64,000 nucleotides of DNA from Bacteroidaceae bacterium. Its GTDB lineage: Bacteria; Actinomycetota; Coriobacteriia; Coriobacteriales; Coriobacteriaceae. The notes under the pieces are model-generated. The model had not been told where the DNA came from and did not search any database. It saw only the letters and a list, made by a program, of their open reading frames with translations. The stretch covers positions 43,255 through 107,254 of the forward strand of contig CAVGNZ010000051.1 in the NCBI GenBank assembly GCA_963630805.1, given 5' to 3'. Positions 12,144 through 19,143 of the stretch are shown piece after piece. Position 1 is the first letter of the stretch. Each line of letters begins with the position of its first letter. Both the position numbers and the translations under genes were made by a program.

Positions 12144-13439
12144 ATGTCTGAACAAAAGAAATTCAACGCCTGGCTGCCCAACTTCGGCGCCAAGGGTTGG
12201 GGCATCACCATTGCCTGCTTTGTCTTCTTCTACTTCTATTCCTTCTGGAACGCGGCCACCAACACGCTGTTCGGCCTGTACACCGATATGTACGGCTGGC
12301 AGCAGACCGACATGTCCTACGTCATCACCGTGGCCGGCTGGATCAGCCTGATCGCCGTGGTGCTGTTCGGCACGCTCGGCCGCAAGATCGGCGCCAAGAT
12401 GGTTTCGGTCATCGGCCTTGCGGGATCTGCCGTGGGCTTTGCGATCCTCGCAATGGCCTCAACGTTCGAGCTGTTCGTGGCCGGTGTCGTGGTGTTCAAC
12501 TTCGCCATGGTCGCCTATGCCACCATCGGCGTGGGCCTGCTCGGTTCCAGCTGGTTCCCGCGCACCAAGGGCGCGTTCATGGGCATCGCCACCATGGGCA
12601 TGACCATCTCCTCCGCCACGCTGAACCCCATCATCTTGGGTTTTGCGGGCAGCGCCATGGGCGTCTCTGGGTTCTTCTGGGCCATGGCCGCCATCGTCGC
12701 CGTGACCGCCGTCGCGGTGTTCCTCTTCGTGAAGAACAACCCCGAGGAGGCAGGCGCCTATCCCGATAACGATCAGTCCGTTTCCCGCGAGGAGCTCGAG
12801 GCAGAGTTCCATGCCGCCATGGAGTACAAGAAGACGAGCCCGTGGACCACGGCGCGCGTCCTCAAGACTCCGCAGACCTGGCTTATCGGCCTGGGTACCG
12901 GCCTGCCCATGATGGTCGGCGCCGGCACCATCGCGCTGCTCGTCCCCACGCTGGCCGCCTACGGCCAGGACCCGATGTTCGGCGTCGTGCTGCTTTCTTC
13001 CATGTGGCCGATCGGCCTGCTTGGGCACTATCTCATCGGCGTGCTCGACCAAAAGCTCGGCACCAAGAAGACCACGCTCATCGTTATCTGCGTGCTCGGT
13101 CTGGGCGGCCTGCTCGTCAAGCTCGGCGGCACCAGCTCCGTGGTCTGCGCCGTCGCGACCGGCATGTTCATGTTCGGCCTGTCCGGCGCCGCGAACGTCT
13201 GCATGTCGCTTACGGCCTCTATCTACGGCCGCGCCGACTTCGACGTAGCCTACACGCCCATCCAGGTCATCTTCAACGTCCTGAACTTTGCCGGCGTCTC
13301 CGTCATGTCCACCGTCTCTGCAACCTTTGGCCCCGCCAACGTGATGCTCGCCGTGTTCATCATCTGCGTGGTGGCACTGGTGCCCGTGATCGCGCTGCCC
13401 TATAAGCAGATCGCGTCCAACATCAACGGGCAGAACTAG
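12144..13439 (+). CDS. MFS transporter
   Basis: About 12 predicted hydrophobic helices, with a central hydrophilic loop around NNPEEAGAYPDNDQSVSREELEAEF. ATG at 12144 follows GGGAG. Confidence 0.85.
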   Translation: MSEQKKFNAWLPNFGAKGWGITIACFVFFYFYSFWNAATNTLFGLYTDMYGWQQTDMSYVITVAGWISLIAVVLFGTLGRKIGAKMVSVIGLAGSAVGFAILAMASTFELFVAGVVVFNFAMVAYATIGVGLLGSSWFPRTKGAFMGIATMGMTISSATLNPIILGFAGSAMGVSGFFWAMAAIVAVTAVAVFLFVKNNPEEAGAYPDNDQSVSREELEAEFHAAMEYKKTSPWTTARVLKTPQTWLIGLGTGLPMMVGAGTIALLVPTLAAYGQDPMFGVVLLSSMWPIGLLGHYLIGVLDQKLGTKKTTLIVICVLGLGGLLVKLGGTSSVVCAVATGMFMFGLSGAANVCMSLTASIYGRADFDVAYTPIQVIFNVLNFAGVSVMSTVSATFGPANVMLAVFIICVVALVPVIALPYKQIASNINGQN

Positions 13440-13553
13440 CCGTCCAGCAGCTGCGCACCCATTGAGCCGGAGCGTCGCAGCCGCCAGACAGACCTTCTGT
13501 AACGTAGCCGAGCGAGCGCCCGGCAGCAACCAACCGATCGAAAGGATCACATC

Positions 13554-13805
13554 ATGAACGAATTCCAGGAAGAAGTAGTCGAGATCCTGAAGGACAAGGC
13601 CGTCGACATCTTTGGCGTCGACCGCGACAGCCTTTCTGCCGACACCCGTTTTGCCGAGGACCTGCACTGCAAGTCCGTGAACATCGTCCAGTTCGCCTCT
13701 GCACTCGAGGACGAGTACGAGGTCGAGGTGCCCTTCATGGAGCTTAACAAGAAGGCCACCTTCGCCGAGGCCGCCCAGTTCGTGGACGACGTCCTCTCTA
13801 TGTAG
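13554..13805 (+). CDS. Stand-alone acyl-carrier-protein-like protein (phosphopantetheine attachment site predicted at Ser41)
   Basis: 83 aa. FAEDLHCKSVNIVQFASALEDEYEVEVPF aligns by eye with the E. coli AcpP segment [29 protein letters not shown]. The Ser codon is at 13674-13676. RBS AAAGGA. Confidence 0.72.
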   Translation: MNEFQEEVVEILKDKAVDIFGVDRDSLSADTRFAEDLHCKSVNIVQFASALEDEYEVEVPFMELNKKATFAEAAQFVDDVLSM

Positions 13806-13877
13806 CAACCGCCGCGGGCCCGTGCGCGCCAGACGCCGCGGGCCCGCTTTCACTTCGCAGAAGAAAGGATCCAACCG

Positions 13878-14876
13878 ATGGCAACGCTCATCGAAAAGCT
13901 TATCGCCGACGCCAAGGGCACGCCCAAGCGCGTGGCGCTTCCCGAGTGCGAGGCGGCAAACACCCTGCTCGCCGCCCGCCGCGTGGCCGACGAGGGCATC
14001 GGCACCCCGGTTCTCGTGAGCCCGCGCGACGTGATCGAGGCCACGGCCAAGGAGGCCGGCGTCTCGCTCGAGGGCATGGAGATCGTCGACAGCACCGACG
14101 AGGCCGCGGCCGACGCGCTTGCCGAGCGCTACATGGCCTGCGGCACCCCGCGCCTGATCTCTGCCAAGGGTGCGCGCCGCAAGATCAAGAACCCCATGTA
14201 CTTCGCCATGATGATGGAGGAGCTGGGCGACGTTGACTGCACGTTCTGCGGCCATACCAACACCACCGGCGACGTGCTCATGTGCGCACAGACCATCATC
14301 GGCCTGGCCGAGGGCGTCGACGTGCCGAGCATCTTCGCGCTCGTGGAGACCGAGGGCTTCGAGGGCCCTGAGGGCAACGTCATCGCCTTTACCGACTGCG
14401 GTCTGAACCCCGAGCCCACCGCCGAGGAGCTGGCCTCCATCGCCATCTCCGCCGCCGACAACGTGCGCTCCATCATGGCTTGGGAGCCCCGCGTGGCGTT
14501 CCTCTCGTTCTCCACGGACGGCTCGGGCGCCGGCGTCTCCGTCGATCGCGTGAAGCAGGCCATCGAGCTTGTGCACGAGCGCCGCGCCGACCTGGCCGTC
14601 GACGGTGAGTTTCAGCTCGATACTGCCATCGACCCCAAGGTCGCCGCCAAGAAGGTCAAGCGCGAAAGCGACGTCGCCGGACGCGCCAACGTGCTGGTGT
14701 TCCCCGATCTCAACGCCGCGAACATCGCCGTCAAGCTTATCCAGTGCTTCGCTCACGGCGCGGCCTACGGCCATAACCTCTCGGGCTTCAAGTGCCCCGT
14801 GGCCGACTCGAGCCGCGGCGCCACGGTGGACGAGATCGTGGGCGACATCGCGATGCTCGTGCTCTCCGCGCGCTAG
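13878..14876 (+). CDS. PTA_PTB-family phosphotransacylase (phosphate acetyl/butyryl-transferase-like)
   Basis: 332 aa, short-form Pta architecture. C-terminal signature [22 protein letters not shown] resembles the Pta motif FPDLEAGNIGYK. Confidence 0.85.
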   Translation: [332 protein letters not shown]

Positions 14877-14885
14877 GCCCCGCAT

Positions 14886-15326
14886 ATGACTAAGTGGTCT
14901 TTGGAGGTCGTGCTGTGCGACCTGGTGCTCGCGCTCGTGATCAACACGTCGGCTATGCTCATCTCGGGTGCGGCCATCACGTTCCAGACCTGGTACCCGG
15001 GCGTGGCGAGCGCGTTTTTCACCAATGCGCTGCTGCAGCTCGTGCTGCCGGTGCCGGCCTGGGGGCAGCTACTGAGCCGCCCGCTTGCCGCCTCGCGCAT
15101 CCGCCCCGTTCTCTCGGTCTTTGTGGAGAACCTCGTCTTTGTGACCTGCATCTCCTTCACCATGGCGTGCATCCAGGCGCCGAGTGCGGCCCAGATCGTG
15201 CCCACGTGGCTTGCCACCTATGTCTACCTGGTGGGAATCGGCTACGTCACCTCGCTTGTCCTGTTTGCCGCCACGCACGGCGGTCACCTTCTGCTCGCAC
15301 CCGCGGCGGGCGCTATCGATTACTAA
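14886..15326 (+). CDS. Small integral membrane protein of unknown function (about 4 hydrophobic segments)
   Basis: It sits tightly between the phosphotransacylase stop (14876) and the kinase start (15348). Hydrophobic stretches include LVLALVINTSAMLISGAAI and VYLVGIGYVTSLVLFAA. I could not assign a family with confidence. Confidence 0.55.
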   Translation: MTKWSLEVVLCDLVLALVINTSAMLISGAAITFQTWYPGVASAFFTNALLQLVLPVPAWGQLLSRPLAASRIRPVLSVFVENLVFVTCISFTMACIQAPSAAQIVPTWLATYVYLVGIGYVTSLVLFAATHGGHLLLAPAAGAIDY

Positions 15327-15347
15327 CTGCTTTTGAAGGGATATCCC

Positions 15348-16472
15348 ATGGCATACAAGATCTTGACCCTCTCTCCGGGTTCTACCTCCACCAAGGTGGC
15401 CGTGTTCGATGGCACCGAGGCACTCTTCCGTCTGAACGTCACGCACCCGGCAGACGAGCTTGCCAGCTTTGACCAGGCGGCCGACCAGTTCGAGTACCGC
15501 AAGAAGACCATCCTCGCGGCCCTTGATGAGCAGGGTCTGAAGCTTGAGGACATCGATGCGTTCTCCGGCTACTGCGGCTCCATGGGCCCCACCGTGGGCG
15601 GCATCTTCGCTATCGACGACACCGTCTGCGAGCACGTGCTCAACGCCGGCGTGAACCACCCCGCTATTCTGGGCGCTCCGCTGCTGCACGCCTTTGCGCA
15701 GCAGACCGGTAAGCCCGCCTTTGCCGTGAACCAGCCCGACACCGACGAGCTCGAGGACGTGGCGCGCATCACCGGTTGGCCCGGCGTGTACCGCAAGAGC
15801 CATGTGCACTGCCTGAACCAGAAGGAGTGCGCGATTCGCTGCGCCGCAGAGCAGGGCAAGACCTACGAGACCGGCAACTATATCGTTGCGCATGTGGGCG
15901 GCGGCCTTTCCGTGGCCTGCCACAACCATGGCCGCATGATCGACACCAACGATGTGCTCGAGGGCGCAGGCCCCTTCGCCCCCAACCGCTGCGGCGACGT
16001 GCCCGCCAAGCCGGTGGTCAAGATGGCGTTTGCCGAGGGCGCGGACCAGAAGACCATGAACGCCGTAATCGGTAAGACCGGCGGCCTGGTGGGCCTGTGC
16101 GGTACCGACGACGCGCGCATCATCTGCGAGCGTATCGAGAACGGCGACGAGTGGGCGCGCGTGGTCTACGACGCCATGGCCTACCAGGTGGCTAAGTACA
16201 TCGCGGGCTTTGCCGCGGTGCTTAAGGGCCAAGTGGACGGCATCGTGCTTACCGGTGGCGTCTCGCACGACCCGCACTTTGTCTCCTATGTCTCCGAGCG
16301 CGTCGAGTGGATCGCGCCCGTGCACGTCTACGCCGGCGACTTCGAGATGGACGCTCTCGCTTCCGGCGCCATCCGCGCGCTCGACGGCGAGGAGGCCGTG
16401 ATGACCTACACCGGCGAGCCCTCCTGGAAGGGCTTCACGATGCCCGGCGCCTTTGCCGACGTGATGGCGTAA
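15348..16472 (+). CDS. buk: Butyrate-kinase-family acyl kinase (ASKHA fold)
   Basis: KILTLSPGSTSTKVAVFDG (phosphate-1 motif), IVAHVGGGLSVACH, GGLVGLCGTDD and LTGGVSHD. ATG at 15348 follows GAAGGGA. Confidence 0.9.
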   Translation: MAYKILTLSPGSTSTKVAVFDGTEALFRLNVTHPADELASFDQAADQFEYRKKTILAALDEQGLKLEDIDAFSGYCGSMGPTVGGIFAIDDTVCEHVLNAGVNHPAILGAPLLHAFAQQTGKPAFAVNQPDTDELEDVARITGWPGVYRKSHVHCLNQKECAIRCAAEQGKTYETGNYIVAHVGGGLSVACHNHGRMIDTNDVLEGAGPFAPNRCGDVPAKPVVKMAFAEGADQKTMNAVIGKTGGLVGLCGTDDARIICERIENGDEWARVVYDAMAYQVAKYIAGFAAVLKGQVDGIVLTGGVSHDPHFVSYVSERVEWIAPVHVYAGDFEMDALASGAIRALDGEEAVMTYTGEPSWKGFTMPGAFADVMA

Positions 16473-16487
16473 GTTGGGCTGCCGATC

Positions 16488-17423
16488 ATGAGTTTTACCG
16501 ATACCGCTCTTCAGATGGTGGTGCTCGCCATCCCCATCCTCATCGGCTACATCGCCCACAAGCTCGGCTTTATGGGTGGCGACTTTGACTCGGGTGTCTC
16601 CAAACTCGTTGTCAACGTCACCCTGCCGTGCATGATCGTGGCCTCCATCTGCGGTCGCGACCTGCCCGATGCCGGCGTGCTCGTGCGGCTGCTCGCGTTC
16701 TCATTCGTGGGCTATGTCATCGCTACCGCCATTGCGCTCGTGGTGCCGCGCCTGATGGGAACCGACCGGGCCCTGCGCGGCGCGTACAGCTTTATCGTTG
16801 CGTACGGCAACGTGGGGCTTATCGGCTTCCCCGTGCTCTCCGCAGTGCTGGGCAGCGAGGCCGTCCTTTACGCCGCCATCGCGAACATCCCCTGGAACAT
16901 CTTTGTGTTCAGCGTGGGCATGATCTTGATCTCCGGCGTGCCCGAGGGCGGTATCGGCACGGTGGCGAAGAGCTGCGGCAAGCAGCTGCTCTCGCCGGTG
17001 CTCATCGCGAGCGTGCTGGTCTTGGTGCTGGTCCTGCTTGGCGTGAACGACCTGGGTGTGCTCGGCAGCGGCCTTTCCACCTGCGGCGCGTTCACCACAC
17101 CCGCGGCGCTTTTGCTCTCCGGGTCTTCGCTGGCCAACTATTCGGCACGCGAGATGGTCAACAACTGGCGCGCCTACGTGGCCGTGGCCTTTCGCCTGGT
17201 GGGCGTGCCCTTGGTGCTGCTGCTCGTGATGCGCCTGTTCGTGAACGACCCGTTTACGCTTGCCATCATCGTACTGGGGCAGGCCATGCCCGTGGCCACC
17301 AACGGCATCCTTTACTGCCTTTTGTACGGCGTTGACGCCAAGCCCATGACGCAGGGCACCTTCATCTCGATCGTGGCCTCGATCCTTACCATCCCGCTCA
17401 TGGCCATGCTCGTGATGGCCTAA
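16488..17423 (+). CDS. AEC-family (auxin efflux carrier-like) transporter
   Basis: 311 aa with about 10 TM segments. The N-terminus MVVLAIPILIGYIAHKLGFM...SKLVVNVTLPCMIV is typical of AEC/malate-permease-type proteins. Confidence 0.8.
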   Translation: MSFTDTALQMVVLAIPILIGYIAHKLGFMGGDFDSGVSKLVVNVTLPCMIVASICGRDLPDAGVLVRLLAFSFVGYVIATAIALVVPRLMGTDRALRGAYSFIVAYGNVGLIGFPVLSAVLGSEAVLYAAIANIPWNIFVFSVGMILISGVPEGGIGTVAKSCGKQLLSPVLIASVLVLVLVLLGVNDLGVLGSGLSTCGAFTTPAALLLSGSSLANYSAREMVNNWRAYVAVAFRLVGVPLVLLLVMRLFVNDPFTLAIIVLGQAMPVATNGILYCLLYGVDAKPMTQGTFISIVASILTIPLMAMLVMA

Positions 17424-17483
17424 CAGCGCGCTTTCTATCCGGGTTCCGGCGCGTTTGTCTCCCGCGCTGCGGCCGTATACCTC

Positions 17484-17519
17484 GCCCCCTCTACCGTCTG
17501 AGCCTTTGGTAGAGGGGGC
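17484..17519 (+). terminator. Hairpin downstream of the AEC transporter gene
   Basis: 12-bp stem gccccctctacc / ggtagagggggc. The T-tract after it (ttagctgttt) is weak. Confidence 0.4.
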
Positions 17520-17546
17520 TTAGCTGTTTGCTGGTACCGTAGGCTC

Positions 17547-18593
17547 ATGAGCGATGTTTTGTGCGACATATCGGCTTTCAAGTACCACCGTGTTCCGCCT
17601 CAGGTTCTGATGCAGCTGCCCATGGTTCCTACCCCGGAGCTCGACCCCAACCGGAGCCAGTTGCTGGAGACGCCGTTGGTATCCGAGGTCCTCGGTGCGC
17701 CGGTGCACTTGCTGTCCGAGCGGGCGGGGCATTCGCGCGGCGGAAAGCGTGTGGTATGGCATGCGTGGACTGCAGGCAGGCCCGTTGATGCGATATGGGA
17801 AACGCCTTTTGGGCTAGAGACCGCCTCGCCTCTGTTTTCGCTCCTTACCATGGCGTCTTCGTGCCCTGCTGTTCAGCTTGCAATGGCGATGTATGAGCTT
17901 TGCGGTACATTTGCCGTTTTTGAACCTTCCGAGAAAATCGAGGAGCTGCTGCGGCACGAGCGTGTCGACTGTCTATTTGGTACGGGATTTGGATGGCGGC
18001 GCATGGGGCCGCGGCCGGAGCGTCCCGGCAACCTTTGGGAACGCCCGCCGCTATTCGATCTTGGCGAGCTGCGCGATTATTGCAAGCGGATAGAAGGCAT
18101 GCACGGAGCCAAGAATTTTACCAGCGCTGCACAGATGGTTACGGGTGTTACCGCCTCGCCCTTTGAGGCGCAGGCCTCTATGCTGCTGGGACTGCCAAGA
18201 CGTTTGGGCGGCGAGGGGCTTCCAATCGAGAACAACGTTCCTCTTGACCTGAACCGTGCAGCGCGCCGCTTGTCTGGTATGGGAAAGCGCGTGGGCGACA
18301 TCGTGGTTACAAGTGATGACGGTACGCGATGTGTGGTAGTTGAGTGCCAGGGTCGGGCGTTCCACGGTTCGGTCGAGTCCAAGATAGCAGATAGCGACAG
18401 GACCACCGCGTTGCAGGCCATGGGCTACGAGGTCATTCTCATGACGTACTCGCAGATTGCCGATCCGCAGAAATTCGATACCGTTGTCGAGCTTATCAAG
18501 CGCAAGCTGGGCATACGGCCGCGTGCAAAGAGCCCTGCACAAGAGCGGGCAGCCGAGCGGCTGCGCTCAGAGTTGTTTTGCGGGTGGATTTAG
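17547..18593 (+). CDS. Hypothetical protein with a C-terminal DUF559/Vsr-like endonuclease-fold domain
   Basis: The C-terminus VVVECQGRAFHGSVESKIADSDRTTALQAMGYEVILMTYSQI fits the DUF559 pattern (V-E-x-D/Q-G...H...D..R...L...G..V). The gene is AT-richer than its neighbours by eye. Confidence 0.6.
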   Translation: MSDVLCDISAFKYHRVPPQVLMQLPMVPTPELDPNRSQLLETPLVSEVLGAPVHLLSERAGHSRGGKRVVWHAWTAGRPVDAIWETPFGLETASPLFSLLTMASSCPAVQLAMAMYELCGTFAVFEPSEKIEELLRHERVDCLFGTGFGWRRMGPRPERPGNLWERPPLFDLGELRDYCKRIEGMHGAKNFTSAAQMVTGVTASPFEAQASMLLGLPRRLGGEGLPIENNVPLDLNRAARRLSGMGKRVGDIVVTSDDGTRCVVVECQGRAFHGSVESKIADSDRTTALQAMGYEVILMTYSQIADPQKFDTVVELIKRKLGIRPRAKSPAQERAAERLRSELFCGWI

Positions 18594-18612
18594 GGGTTCC
18601 GTTGGGGCGCTG

Positions 18613-18763
18613 TGCCCAAACTCGACGGAAAACGTCAGGTAAATCAAAGACGAACTGGTAGACAGTGTTTTTTTAGTGGCGTTTCCGCAGGATTCATGAC
18701 ACAAAAACTGCCCTATACTCTTCTGATCTGAATTTACCTGACGTTTTCCGTCGATTTTGGGCA
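18613..18763. repeat. 32-bp inverted repeat (31/32 match) flanking an 87-bp AT-rich spacer
   Basis: Left arm tgcccaaactcgacggaaaacgtcaggtaaat (18613-18644). The right arm at 18732-18763 reverse-complements to tgcccaaaatcgacggaaaacgtcaggtaaat. Confidence 0.9.
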
Positions 18764-18861
18764 ACGGTGGGCCCGTGTAGGGGGAGCTTCGCCATTGCGG
18801 CCGGTGCCAATTCCTGCCCGATAAGGAAACGGAAGCAGATATTCTAGCGAAGTGCGCATTA

Positions 18862-18923
18862 TGTCCTATAAGCCGCTTGTCCTACAAGCTGCCTGTCCTG
18901 TAAACCCCGCTTGTTCTATAGGC
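18862..18923 (+). repeat. Four tandem copies of a 13-mer TGTCCTATAAGCC-like motif with a 16-17 bp period
   Basis: tgtcctataagcc (18862), tgtcctacaagct (18878), tgtcctgtaaacc (18894), tgttctataggcc (18911). Confidence 0.85.
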
Positions 18924-18969
18924 CATCGTGTAGGTTTATGCGCTGGGGTTTCTGATGGCGTTTCGAACT

Positions 18970-19007
18970 AAAAAGTACGGGGTGCGGGCATTGCCCGCAC
19001 CCCGTAC
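18970..19007 (-). terminator. Intrinsic terminator of the serC-serA operon (minus strand)
   Basis: Stem gtacggggtgcgggca / tgcccgcaccccgtac (18975-18990 and 18992-19007). The minus-strand transcript continues into UUUUU (aaaaa at 18970-18974 on +). Confidence 0.8.
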
Positions 19008-19100
19008 TTCGGTGTTTGAGCAGTGAACCGCTTCTAAGTTTTAAAGAGCATGAAAACGGGCACCGACTTGCGTCGATGCCCCTGAACCGGACACACATTT

Positions 19101-19113
19101 TGTCCTATAAGCC
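19101..19113 (+). repeat. Fifth, exact copy of the TGTCCTATAAGCC motif
   Basis: Identical to the copy at 18862-18874. It lies 30 nt beyond the serA stop codon. Confidence 0.8.
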
Positions 19114-19143
19114 TTGAAGTGCTGCTGGCGCCGTGCCCACAGC

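Noticed and set aside
18567-18764. 65-aa minus-strand ORF inside the 32-bp inverted-repeat element (possible small toxin or mobile-element protein)
   Set aside because: It has no Shine-Dalgarno sequence. The reading frame is largely dictated by the palindrome arms, and it resembles no known family. I treat it as non-coding unless expression data say otherwise.
18862-18923. DnaA-box cluster or replication origin
   Set aside because: TTGTCCTA(T/C)AAG only partly resembles the actinobacterial box TTGTCCACA, because it has an extra base. No dnaA or dnaN genes are nearby. It is kept only as an unexplained iteron-like array.
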